A stretch of 47,931 nt of DNA, from contig JAUSNF010000009.1 in NCBI GenBank assembly GCA_030646255.1, positions 1-47,931 of the forward strand, read 5' to 3'. Below are positions 1 through 9,033 of this stretch, one piece after another. Position 1 is the stretch's first letter; each line of letters starts with the position of its first letter. The stretch comes from Candidatus Burarchaeum sp. Lineage in GTDB: Archaea > Micrarchaeota > Micrarchaeia > Burarchaeales > Burarchaeaceae. A program made the translations under genes and the position numbers. The notes beneath the pieces were generated by a model, which was given only the letters and a program-made list of their open reading frames with translations, ran no database searches and was not told the DNA's origin.

Positions 1-2
1 TG

Positions 3-227
3 CAGATTTATGACCCGTCGGCAATAGGCCGCATAATTGCAGGAGCGCAGGAAAACCCGCAGCTCCTGCTGTTCGCAAACGATGCCGAGAAGGTGTTGTT
101 CGAAGAGTCGCTCGACTCGACCTCCCAGCCGCGCATAATGCTTAAGATGCTCAGCTCATCCGGCAGGCTCTCGTTAGTAACCGTCGACGAGCTCGAGGGC
201 TTCATAAAGAAGGCGTCCCACCATTAA
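3..227 (+). CDS. Partial CDS (3' end), hypothetical protein
   Basis: Frame open from the window edge (QIYDPSAIGRIIAGAQENPQ...GFIKKASHH) to TAA at 225-227; converges on the GT2 gene. Confidence 0.6.
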   Translation, partial: QIYDPSAIGRIIAGAQENPQLLLFANDAEKVLFEESLDSTSQPRIMLKMLSSSGRLSLVTVDELEGFIKKASHH

Positions 228-931
228 TGTCGTATGTCGTCAAAGTACTTTGTCTTTATGGGCCTGCCCAGCAGGAAGTTGAAGAATGCCTGCACATTCT
301 TCGCGGCCACCGACCAATAGCCCTTCTGCTTGAAGCGCCTGGTCGACGCATAGACTATGAGGTTGGGTTCAATCTTTATCCGGCCGACTTTCTTGGCCCG
401 CATCGAGAGTTCAGTGTCCTCGAAGAAGCTGATTATGGTGTTGAAGCCGCCCAGCTTCTCGAACATGGTTTTCCTGTATGCGCAGTTGTTGCCGTAAAGC
501 TGGTATATGCCGAAGAGCGTGCTGAGCCTGACCCACCAGTCTGAATTGATTTTAAAAACCACATTGTCGAACCAGCTGCCTGCGCGCGGACGGAGCACAC
601 CGCCTACGCCCATAATCTTCTCATCTGTGAAATCCAGCTGTATGCGCTCGAGCCAGTCCTTCTCAGCCTCGCAGTCCGCGTCTATGAACGCAAGAATATC
701 GTACTTTGCATATGCCGCACCTTCATTCCGCGCAGCCGCGGGACCGTGCGCCTTTTTCTTGCATATCTTATCCACATAGGGCTTAGCCCTCTCGACCGTG
801 CAGTCCCTGCTGAAGCCGTCCACCAGGATTATCTCGTATTTTCCCTCGAATTTCTGCTTCCTCAGGCTCTTGAGGCAGGCCTCAACTTCCTCCTCCTCGT
901 TCAATGCAGGTATTATCACGGAAATTGCCAT
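224..931 (-). CDS. Glycosyltransferase family 2 protein
   Basis: ISVIIPALNEE, EIILVDGFSRD, GPAAARNEG, FIDAD (DxD), FFEDTEL motifs. Confidence 0.93.
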   Translation of the reverse strand: MAISVIIPALNEEEEVEACLKSLRKQKFEGKYEIILVDGFSRDCTVERAKPYVDKICKKKAHGPAAARNEGAAYAKYDILAFIDADCEAEKDWLERIQLDFTDEKIMGVGGVLRPRAGSWFDNVVFKINSDWWVRLSTLFGIYQLYGNNCAYRKTMFEKLGGFNTIISFFEDTELSMRAKKVGRIKIEPNLIVYASTRRFKQKGYWSVAAKNVQAFFNFLLGRPIKTKYFDDIRH

Positions 932-2098
932 CTACTCCCTCCGCCCAAATTGGTAGCGCGCTTTCTGATAAACTTCCATAAGCTTTGCCGTGCTCTTGCG
1001 CATCTCGTGCTTCAGCGCGGTCGTGCGCGCCGCAGAGCCCATTCTGCCGCGCCTATTATAAACCCGCACTATCGCGGCTGCGCACGCCTCGGGGTCGTGC
1101 GGGCTGAAAACCGCGCCATTCTTCCCTTCCTCCACAATTTCCTTGAGCGGCTCGTGGTCCGCGCACGCGACCGGCGTGCCGCAGGCCATGGCCTCGAGCG
1201 CCACGAGCCCCAGTGTCTCGAAAGTTGACGGGAAGGCCAACACATCCGCGGTTCCATATGCTGCAGGCAGCTCTTCATCGGGCACAAAGCCCGCGAACCT
1301 GAACGCATTTCCAACCCCTTCTGCCTTCACAAGCGCCCTGTAATGTTTCTCGGCAGGCCCCTTTCCTGCAATCACAAACTTGCAGTCAGGGATTTCCTCG
1401 AGCACGTAGATTGCGGATTTTATCAACGTCTCAATATTCTTTTCGAGCGCAACCCTGCCCACATGCAGTACGACCGGCCCGCTTTCGAGCCCGTGCTTCT
1501 TCCTGAACGCCTTTGCGGCCGCGCCCCTTGCCCGCAGGCTGAACTTTACCGTATCTATGCCCGGATGCACGACATGCACGTTCCCAATCCCTTTTTCCGC
1601 CAATATTTTCGCGACCCACCTGCTGGGCGCAATTACGTGGTCGCACCGGTTGTAATACCATCTGAGATAGCGCCACATCAGCCTCTTGCCCAGCCGCCCG
1701 ATGGTCTTCGATTTCGTCAGGTAGTGCGTTGCATCCGGGACCATCGTGTGGAACGTGCCTACGAGCGGGAGGTGCAGCCTTGCAGATGTGGCTAGCGCGG
1801 CAAGGCCCATCGATGCCATTCCATGCGTGTGCACCAAGTCAATATCCAATCGCTTGACTGTTCTTTCCGCGAAAAACGGGAAAAGCGCAACCCGGTATTC
1901 CGGGTATGGCCTGAACGGCGCCGAAGCATGGTAGAAAACGCGCGGGTCGGCATTCATCTTTTTCTCGCGCCTCGAGCCGGCTGCAAAAATATAGACCTCG
2001 TGCCCTTCGCGCTCAAGCGCGCGCCTCGACTCTAGTATCGTAGTTACGACCCCATCGCGCTGCGGCAGGTACGTGTCGGTGAAATAGGCGATGCGCAT
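932..2098 (-). CDS. Glycosyltransferase family 4 (GT-B) protein
   Basis: MRIAYFTDTYLPQRDGV N-terminus, GTFHT, VGRVALEKN, ETLGLVALEAMACGTPV signature. Confidence 0.93.
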   Translation of the reverse strand: MRIAYFTDTYLPQRDGVVTTILESRRALEREGHEVYIFAAGSRREKKMNADPRVFYHASAPFRPYPEYRVALFPFFAERTVKRLDIDLVHTHGMASMGLAALATSARLHLPLVGTFHTMVPDATHYLTKSKTIGRLGKRLMWRYLRWYYNRCDHVIAPSRWVAKILAEKGIGNVHVVHPGIDTVKFSLRARGAAAKAFRKKHGLESGPVVLHVGRVALEKNIETLIKSAIYVLEEIPDCKFVIAGKGPAEKHYRALVKAEGVGNAFRFAGFVPDEELPAAYGTADVLAFPSTFETLGLVALEAMACGTPVACADHEPLKEIVEEGKNGAVFSPHDPEACAAAIVRVYNRRGRMGSAARTTALKHEMRKSTAKLMEVYQKARYQFGRRE

Positions 2099-2151
2099 GA
2101 GGCTTTTTCGAGGCAGGGGTTTAAATATTCCGCCACGCCTGTTATAGATTC

Positions 2152-2871
2152 ATGAGCACCTTGAAAAAGCACAAGCACCCCCTCGTAATCGAGCTTGAGC
2201 AGCGCCATAACTGCTATACTGTAGATTGTACCGACAAGACTCATGACACCAGGATAAAATGGCTGACAACCCTCGCCATGGAGGCAGACACAGTTTCCCA
2301 TCTGTTTGAGATACATTCAGCCAACCTGGCTCATGTGCTCAAAAAGCTTGCCCGCGACCCGCGTGTAAAGACCATTCAGCTTATACGCATTTCCGGCAAC
2401 CTGGCCCAGGTCATCATAAAACAGAAACGCGACGTTTCCACCTACCGGCATCTTTCCAAAACTGGCACGATTTGGCTTAGCGAGTACAGCGAAGAAGGAG
2501 TGGACAAAGTTGCAATGCTTGCTCCAAGCGAGGAGAACTGGCACGCATTCCTCGATGCAGTGAAGGACGAATACGATATCAGGTTAAAAGCCAAACGCCA
2601 TCTGGAACCAAAGGACCGCATCTCATACGACCTCTTTGGATCCAGCGGTTTCCTCAAGCTAAAGACCGCCAGCGAGCTTCTTACTGAGAGGCAAATGAAC
2701 GTGTTTGAACTGGCATGCAAGCTAGGTTATTATGAGGAACCGAAGAAGGTGAGCATCGAAGAGCTGTCTGCCAAGCTAGGCGTTTCATCCAGCACTGCCG
2801 CCGAGCTTTTGCGCAAGGCCGAAGGCAAGCTCCTGCCGATACTATCGGACATCCTCCGTATGATGCGCTGA
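2152..2871 (+). CDS. Bacterio-opsin-activator-type HTH (HTH_10) transcription regulator
   Basis: C-terminal LTERQMNVFELACKLGYYEEPKKVSIEELSAKLGVSSSTAAELLRKAE is typical of archaeal HTH_10 domains. Confidence 0.88.
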   Translation: MSTLKKHKHPLVIELEQRHNCYTVDCTDKTHDTRIKWLTTLAMEADTVSHLFEIHSANLAHVLKKLARDPRVKTIQLIRISGNLAQVIIKQKRDVSTYRHLSKTGTIWLSEYSEEGVDKVAMLAPSEENWHAFLDAVKDEYDIRLKAKRHLEPKDRISYDLFGSSGFLKLKTASELLTERQMNVFELACKLGYYEEPKKVSIEELSAKLGVSSSTAAELLRKAEGKLLPILSDILRMMR

Positions 2872-2946
2872 TTTTTAAGCCACCGCTGTACAGCGGGGTC
2901 AGGTATAAATAGCCGGATCAAGATATAGTAAAGCTAATTCTGGAGG

Positions 2947-3807
2947 ATGATTAAGATGGGAATGACCGATAATGCAAAGATGGCCATAGTCGCACTCGTT
3001 GTGCTGGCTTTAGGCGTGTTCGGGTTGGGCGGTTGTCAGTCACAACGCGTTTCCTCAGATGCCACCCGTAAAATCCAAGAAATCGTTGATAACGCTGCCT
3101 CCCAGCTCGAAAACAGCGTTAGGCTCGAAATCGGTGTTAGCGGATTGCCTGCCAGCCGCGACTCAGTCTCTCAGATACGCCATGAAGCTGATGAATTCTG
3201 GCTTTCTGGAATTACTAAAGGACCAGTAGAATTAAAAGAAATACGCGACAGGCACCCCCTTCCTCCTGATCATGCAGAACGCGTTTTCAATGTTGGACGG
3301 AAGACTTTCAATGCCATCTCGTTCGTTCCGAAGGAAGACAAGGCAGTTATATTCGAAAACCTTTGCGATATCACTTCAGTGAGCGGTCTTCATCCCAGTT
3401 ACGGTATGACATATTCACTAAATGACCTTTCCCTAAAGCCGCGTGCAGACATAATTCCGCGGGCATATATTCTCGAAAGTTCTTTCATTGCCTTACCCAA
3501 CAAAGAATATGTCGTAAGGCTTACCTATAAAGACGGCAGCAGCCAAATTCTTCAATTCAAAAGCGGCCTGTATGATAATGGAATGGACCTCCTTGATACC
3601 GCCCTGCGCATAGATGCGAAGTTCGATGCATTCATCGCAGGCACGTTGGAAGGCCAGAAAAGCGCCCCAAGGCCTGTCGAAGCTGATGCTTATGAAATAA
3701 AGAAAACGCATTCAATGGACATCAGGATTCTCAGGAGAAGTGCAGGCCCCGCGCAAGTCCGGCAGCGAGCAGCCGATCCCAAGAATGCACCAAAATTCTT
3801 CCCTTAA
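2947..3807 (+). CDS. Hypothetical secreted/lipoprotein-like protein
   Basis: 286-aa ORF with GGAGG site upstream; hydrophobic N-terminus ending LGGC (lipobox-like). Confidence 0.6.
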   Translation: MIKMGMTDNAKMAIVALVVLALGVFGLGGCQSQRVSSDATRKIQEIVDNAASQLENSVRLEIGVSGLPASRDSVSQIRHEADEFWLSGITKGPVELKEIRDRHPLPPDHAERVFNVGRKTFNAISFVPKEDKAVIFENLCDITSVSGLHPSYGMTYSLNDLSLKPRADIIPRAYILESSFIALPNKEYVVRLTYKDGSSQILQFKSGLYDNGMDLLDTALRIDAKFDAFIAGTLEGQKSAPRPVEADAYEIKKTHSMDIRILRRSAGPAQVRQRAADPKNAPKFFP

Positions 3808-4001
3808 GGACCCAGCGCATAGTCGTGGCAGGGGAAACGGAAATAACCGACGCGCACTCGCTTCTGCGCAATAAGCTCAAAATGAATGTGGAGCCAAGCT
3901 CAGCCGCGGCATTTGTCGCGCTCAACCGGCTGAACTGTAAGTTTGACAAGCACAATGTCGTTGTGGTAGTCAATACCGGCCGCGGCCTTTACTTTGACTA
4001 G
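3807..4001 (+). pseudogene. Orphan C-terminal fragment of a fold-type II PLP enzyme (threonine synthase-like)
   Basis: Frame reads RIVVAGETEITDAHSLLRNKLKMNVEPSSAAAFVAL...NVVVVVNTGRGLYFD*; EPSSAA and VVVNTGxG are threonine synthase family motifs; N-terminal part absent. Confidence 0.72.
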
Positions 4002-4021
4002 TCCGCAAAACGCGAAACAGT

Positions 4022-4900
4022 TCAGATCAGGCTTTCATCGTATTTTCCTTTTGGAACTATGCTGAAAAACTTCCCAGACCCGCCAACAATCTGGGGATAG
4101 TGCTTGATCCCCGATGGAACAAATGCGGCGGCAGGACTTTCGACCAAGGTCTCTTTCCCGCCAATCACCACCTTGGCTTTTAAACCGCTCAAGTTGGGCC
4201 TGTTTCCGATAAACAAAAAATAACTTGGGCAATTATGCGCATGCAGGTCAACATACCTGGGTTGCGTGGTCTTGACGTCAAGGACATTTCTGACAATTGC
4301 GTAAATGCCCGCTTCCGGGAGCATATTATTGCCTACAAAAACATGGCGTTTTCCAGGGGCCGTGTCGTGGTGGTATCTTATCTCCGAAGACGGCCTGATG
4401 TCCGGGATAACTATGAGTTTTTTGAATCTGTCCGCCTCCTTTTCTCCCCGCTCCAAATCCGGTTCTGCGGGAACGTGGCCGTATTCAGCGCCGCGATATA
4501 GGATGACCACCTTGCCTTTGCCTTTAGAGACCTTATACTGATGAACGAGCCCCGCAGGGATGTATACTGTTGCCGGAGACGCTATTTTGTGAGATTTACC
4601 TTCAAATTTTATCCTCCCTTCCAAACCACCCATATCCGGTTCATCTCCTATAAAAAAGTAAAACTCGTCAACATCGTGGTAGTGCGGAACCTGATAGTCT
4701 CGGACTGCTCCAAGTGATTTTGTAACATGATGCAGGGCAATGTACACCTTGGCTTCGGGCAGAGACTTGCGATCGATGAAGATGTGGCGCGTAAACGGGA
4801 GCCTGGCATTTTTCTTCAAAGGGCGCGCTCCACTTTCAGGGATTTCCGCCTGCCTGGCCTGCACGATGTGCGTCTTGTTTACCATAAAAACTTCCTTCAT
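4022..4900 (-). CDS. Tandem (bi-)cupin protein
   Basis: Two repeats: HYHDVDEFYFFIG...SPATVYIPAGLVH and HAHNCPSYFLFIG...SPAAAFVPSGIKH. Confidence 0.8.
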   Translation of the reverse strand: MKEVFMVNKTHIVQARQAEIPESGARPLKKNARLPFTRHIFIDRKSLPEAKVYIALHHVTKSLGAVRDYQVPHYHDVDEFYFFIGDEPDMGGLEGRIKFEGKSHKIASPATVYIPAGLVHQYKVSKGKGKVVILYRGAEYGHVPAEPDLERGEKEADRFKKLIVIPDIRPSSEIRYHHDTAPGKRHVFVGNNMLPEAGIYAIVRNVLDVKTTQPRYVDLHAHNCPSYFLFIGNRPNLSGLKAKVVIGGKETLVESPAAAFVPSGIKHYPQIVGGSGKFFSIVPKGKYDESLI

Positions 4901-5057
4901 ATGATGCCCGCTCCTCTGCTTAAATCCTTTTCGCAGTTTTTCCTAGAAACAACGCGTCTTCCGTCGCCCAGGTCAAGTGTTGCGCCCTTGGCGGAGCAGC
5001 CGCTTCTGCGCGGAAGTTCGCCCATACTTTAAAATACATTGGCCCCGAAGTCGGCTC

Positions 5058-5789
5058 ATGAGCGTCACAATCGTTGAGACAGAGAAATACGACCTGAAGT
5101 CCCCTTATCTTATTGAAGGCTTTCCGGGCATCGGCCTTGTCGGCACAATCTCCGCCAACTATATGGTTGAGAAGCTTGGCATGGAACCATTTGGCTATAT
5201 CACCAGCGAAAAATTCTCACCCATCGCCTCCGTGCACAACTACATGCCCCTCCACCCTGCCCGCATGTACAAGTCAAAGAAGCACAATCTCGTGGTTCTT
5301 TTTTCCGAGCTCATAATTCCCATGAACACCATTTATTCCCTCTCCTCCGAGATATTCAACTGGGCCAAGAAGCACAAGTGCAGGCAGATAGTCTCGCTGG
5401 GCGGCATAAACATGAAGGGCGAGCAGGACGAGGTTTTCGGAATTGCAAGCCTGCCCGAGCTGAGCCGCATGATTGAGAAAAAGGGCGTGAAGCTCATACG
5501 CGAAGGCGTGACCACTGGTGTGAGCGGCGTTCTTCTGGCAGAGTGCGCCACCCGCAACTTCCCCGCAATTTCCCTTCTTGCCGAGGCCCATGCGGAATTC
5601 ATGGACCCGAAGGGCGCGGCCATGGTGCTTGACATGCTTTCAAAAATAATAAACGTGAAGATAGACACGCACGAGCTGCTCAGCCAGAGCAAGGAAATCG
5701 AGGGGAAGGTGAAGCAGATGCTCGACCAGGCCAAGGACGTGCATGAGGAGTACAAGAAGGCAACCGGCCTCGGGCCGATGTATGGCTAG
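5058..5789 (+). CDS. Proteasome assembly chaperone PAC2 family protein
   Basis: LIEGFPGIGLVGTI, PARMY, DPKGAA and C-terminal MYG (HbYX-like); start set at ATG 5058. Confidence 0.9.
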   Translation: MSVTIVETEKYDLKSPYLIEGFPGIGLVGTISANYMVEKLGMEPFGYITSEKFSPIASVHNYMPLHPARMYKSKKHNLVVLFSELIIPMNTIYSLSSEIFNWAKKHKCRQIVSLGGINMKGEQDEVFGIASLPELSRMIEKKGVKLIREGVTTGVSGVLLAECATRNFPAISLLAEAHAEFMDPKGAAMVLDMLSKIINVKIDTHELLSQSKEIEGKVKQMLDQAKDVHEEYKKATGLGPMYG

Positions 5790-6595
5790 GCCCGCTTTGG
5801 CACGTAGGTGTCCATCCCCTGCTCAGACATCATCTTCCTAGTTAGCGTCTTCTCTATCAAAAAGTATCCAAAAGCCCAGGGCCAGTCAGTTCTCATGTGC
5901 TCTGCCCCGCACTCCTTCCTCAATATTTCCTTCACACTGCTGTCGATTTTCAGAAGCACAGCATCCGAATAGGCAGACAGGAGCGCCTTCTTATCTATCT
6001 CGGCCATCCTTTCAGCCAGATCAGTTCCATCCTCGCTCCCGGCCGAACCCAGCATCCGTTCAAGCCATTCTGCCTTGGACAATGGCGCACGGTATTCCCC
6101 TTCCTTGCTCTTGGTGAATGTTTCAGCAGGCTTCTTCTCCTCATGCTGGTTGGAAAACACCAGCTTATTGAGCTCTCTAATACTCCTCTCGTCTGCCTTG
6201 TCTATCTCAGTCACTATTACCACAACCTCCTCCAATGAAAGGTCGGGCACGAGCTCGTAAAGTATGTGGGCCACTTTCACAGCAGCGTCTTCCACACCTT
6301 TGTATTCTCCCCCCCTGCCTCTAAGCGTTATTTCAAGGCCGACAAAGAGCTCGCTTCCAGATAACTTCTCAAGTTCCATCCACATGTTCAGTACTTGTAT
6401 ATAGTGGCATTTTTGAATCTCGTCCGCAAGTCTTTTCAAGCGTCCGTCGAGCTGGTCCATCAATCTTTGCTTGTCCGCGGGTTCAAGGTGCCAGGGTAAA
6501 CGGCGAAATTCTGTAGCTTCAGGCGTAGTTTGAACCTTCTTTCCAGGTCCTTTATATTCCACGAGGGTTTTCAGTTGTACAGCCATCTCCACCAC
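5786..6595 (-). CDS. Hypothetical protein
   Basis: 269-aa ORF with plausible soluble composition; no recognisable motif. Confidence 0.6.
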   Translation of the reverse strand: MVEMAVQLKTLVEYKGPGKKVQTTPEATEFRRLPWHLEPADKQRLMDQLDGRLKRLADEIQKCHYIQVLNMWMELEKLSGSELFVGLEITLRGRGGEYKGVEDAAVKVAHILYELVPDLSLEEVVVIVTEIDKADERSIRELNKLVFSNQHEEKKPAETFTKSKEGEYRAPLSKAEWLERMLGSAGSEDGTDLAERMAEIDKKALLSAYSDAVLLKIDSSVKEILRKECGAEHMRTDWPWAFGYFLIEKTLTRKMMSEQGMDTYVPKRA

Positions 6596-6797
6596 CGGCC
6601 TTCAACAGTTCCTCAGTTTTCTTTTTCAATCACCTACGTTATATTCTGTGTTCTGGGTATAAAAACCTCTGTGCACATAAGTATACGGACGAGATAACTG
6701 AGCAGTCTTAAGAACTATGGGCACATGTAATTGGAAACGAGTGAGAAACTGCAGGCACATTTAAAGGGAGTTCTCAAAAGAACCGTAGGTTCTTTTG

Positions 6798-6882
6798 GCG
6801 GGGGTGCCAGAGTCCGGAAAATGGGGCGGACTTAAGATCCGCTGGCCTAGCGCCTACGCAGGTCCAAATCCTGCCCCCCGCA
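6798..6882 (+). tRNA. tRNA-Leu(TAA)
   Basis: Acceptor GCGGGGG/CCCCCGC+A; anticodon arm GCGGA-CTTAAGA-TCCGC; long variable arm; T arm GCAGG-TCCAAAT-CCTGC; TTTAAA box upstream. Confidence 0.95.
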
Positions 6883-6986
6883 TTTGCGAAGCAAATGAGG
6901 GTGCAATCAAAACGTCGAAACGTTTTGATGCGCAGCGGAATAGCGATTCCGCTTGTGCATCGGCTGCGGCCGATCGCACCCGCATT
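6881..6986. repeat. Nested palindromic element (multi-hairpin, four-way junction) abutting the tRNA-Leu 3' end
   Basis: 15-bp outer stem 6894-6908/6972-6986 (2 mismatches) enclosing three hairpins; CATTTGC-GAA-GCAAATG hairpin; CCCGCATT direct repeat at 6877-6884 and 6979-6986. Confidence 0.75.
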
Positions 6987-7063
6987 AACCCTTTTAGGTT
7001 GCTTCAGCTTCCTCTTTCCATCCGCACAGTTTCTTTTTTATTAGTTTGCCGAGAAAGCACCTC

Positions 7064-7459
7064 ATGGCGAGACACTTCTTCAAGTGGGCGGATCTGAAGG
7101 CGGACGAAGAGCGCCTCGCCCATGCGCCGCACATGAAGTTCAGGCTCATTACCACGACATTTCTCATAATGGCCGTGGCGCTTTTCCTCATGCGCGTATC
7201 CTACCTGTCTTCCTCCTCGCTGGTGCTGGCCTCTTCGCTCGCGCTAATGCTTCTGCTAACTGCCTCAGCAGTCTATCTAATTTTCACAACGCGGCTCATC
7301 TTTTCAAAGCTGGTCCTCCTGGCCTCAGTAGTGCTCTTCCAGGCTGTTGAGTTCGGCCAGAGCCCCTACCTGAACCTGGCGCCGATATCCGCGCCGCTGC
7401 TTGCAATACTTGCGGCTAACGCGCTCTTCGTAGCATTCCTGTTTTCAATAAAGGATTAG
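7064..7459 (+). CDS. Hypothetical membrane protein (about 4 TM)
   Basis: Four hydrophobic stretches; ATG at 7064. Confidence 0.65.
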   Translation: MARHFFKWADLKADEERLAHAPHMKFRLITTTFLIMAVALFLMRVSYLSSSSLVLASSLALMLLLTASAVYLIFTTRLIFSKLVLLASVVLFQAVEFGQSPYLNLAPISAPLLAILAANALFVAFLFSIKD

Positions 7460-7469
7460 TGCCCCTGCC

Positions 7470-8180
7470 TCAAATTCCTACTGAATCGCTTCTCGCAATT
7501 ATCTCGCGCGCCAGCGTTGCCCGCACCTCTGCGTGAGGCAGGCTTTTTGCAGACGTTTTAATCCCATATTCCAGCACAATGCGCCCGCCTGCGCGCAGAA
7601 CGGGGATGGTCCAGCGCACGCCCCTGCCTCTTGCATCCCTGCTCTCCCTCGCCCCGTGCGCCGCGCCCCGCGGAAATTCGAGCACCGCGTCCTCTGGCAC
7701 AAAATCAGCAACCTGCACGCCCGCAAGCTCCTCGCCCTGGTTGCGCACCTCTATTTCAACAGTGCCGTTCCTGAACCGCTTCTCCACAAACAGCTTCCTG
7801 CGCGCCCCGAGCCAGGCATATGCAATCACGAGCAGCGCGAGCGCAAACAGGCCGTAGGCCAACGGTTCGGCGTAAGCGGGCAGTGTGAGGGGCGTTTCTA
7901 CAATAATTTCGCGCACCTCCCCTTCATACTCTACCTTCCACACGCCCGCCTCATCAACCTCAAACCGCGCGTAGCCTCCGGCATATTTTTCCTCAGTTCC
8001 CGAGGGCGAAACCACGCCAATCTCCCCCGCAGCCTGCACGCCGTTCACCAGTGCAACCGCTTCAACCTGCTCGCCCAACCTTGCGCGCCCGGGCGCATAG
8101 AGCTCCACTGCGCCGGCTAGAAAAAGCATGGCAAGCAGCAATGCAACTGCGGCCGTCCTACCCACGGAGAAAAGGTGCAT
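7470..8180 (-). CDS. Hypothetical membrane-anchored protein with Ig-like/DUF11-like segments
   Basis: Signal peptide, internal TM (LAYGLFALALLVIAYAWLG), C-terminal VEIEVRN...VADFVP...VRWTIPVL...VLEY pattern; start set at ATG 8180. Confidence 0.65.
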   Translation of the reverse strand: MHLFSVGRTAAVALLLAMLFLAGAVELYAPGRARLGEQVEAVALVNGVQAAGEIGVVSPSGTEEKYAGGYARFEVDEAGVWKVEYEGEVREIIVETPLTLPAYAEPLAYGLFALALLVIAYAWLGARRKLFVEKRFRNGTVEIEVRNQGEELAGVQVADFVPEDAVLEFPRGAAHGARESRDARGRGVRWTIPVLRAGGRIVLEYGIKTSAKSLPHAEVRATLAREIIARSDSVGI

Positions 8181-8217
8181 GCCAACTCTTTTAAATGCAC
8201 AATTCAAAATCACTGCC

Positions 8218-8955
8218 ATGGGCATGCTTCTCAAGTCCTGCAAACCGTTCTATTGGCACTATTTCAGGATGATAAAGTACGCCAGCCTCGTAATAGTGCT
8301 GCTCATTTTTCTTCTGCCTCTCTACTTCGGCCTGGGCATTGACCTCGGCACATTATTGGCGCTCGCAGGCGCCTACCTGCTTCTCGCACTCGCATCCTCG
8401 CTCTACATAAAATTCGTGAACGATGCCATAGTCTACACTGCGACCGACAGCGAGATAACGAAAGACGAGGGCGTGATACAGAAAAAGCACACAGTTGTTC
8501 CGTACTCCAAAGTCTCGAACATGGTCGTGAAACGCGGCCTCCTGGACCGCTTCTTCAACCTATGCACCATCAAAATAGATGCAACGGGCGGCGGGCACGA
8601 ATACGAAATCACGATGGACCGGCTGAAGCTCAAGGATGCAAATGCGATGATGGAGATAATCAAGGACCTGCTTGCGCAGCACGAGCCTCAGCAGGGCCCT
8701 TCCAATATGCCTCCGAGCGAGCCCACGGCGGCTGAAAAAAAGGAGGAAGCAGCAGAAGAGCGCAAGCCAAAGCCCGAGCTGCTTCCGCGCCTCTATGCTC
8801 TGGGCGATATGGGTAAGGACAAGCTCGAAGAGCTTGAGCACATGGCATATTCCCGGCAAAGCGATGCCGGTGCGGATGATGAAACACGCGCGCCTGAAAA
8901 AACAAAAAGGCAGAAGCAGGCAAAAGGCGGGAATGGCAAGGAAAAGCGCAAGTAG
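8218..8955 (+). CDS. Bacterial PH-domain membrane protein (YdbS/bPH_2-like)
   Basis: Two TM helices, then YTATDSEITKDEGVIQKKHTVVPYSKVSNMVVKRGLLDRFFNLCTIKID; charged low-complexity tail. Confidence 0.8.
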   Translation: MGMLLKSCKPFYWHYFRMIKYASLVIVLLIFLLPLYFGLGIDLGTLLALAGAYLLLALASSLYIKFVNDAIVYTATDSEITKDEGVIQKKHTVVPYSKVSNMVVKRGLLDRFFNLCTIKIDATGGGHEYEITMDRLKLKDANAMMEIIKDLLAQHEPQQGPSNMPPSEPTAAEKKEEAAEERKPKPELLPRLYALGDMGKDKLEELEHMAYSRQSDAGADDETRAPEKTKRQKQAKGGNGKEKRK

Positions 8956-9033
8956 GCAAGCACAGGCGGACTGGAAACTAAGCGCGCGAGCAGGCCTGCA
9001 AGCTCATAAAACTTCCCTGGCATAATTTTAGGC

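Noticed and set aside
3795-3812. Programmed frameshift fusing the 2947 ORF to the PLP-enzyme fragment
   Set aside because: No canonical slippery heptamer, and the fusion would lack the PLP-binding region.
6795-7097. 100-aa ORF over tRNA-Leu (and the 78-aa ORF over tRNA-Thr)
   Set aside because: They overlap clear tRNA genes and are spurious.
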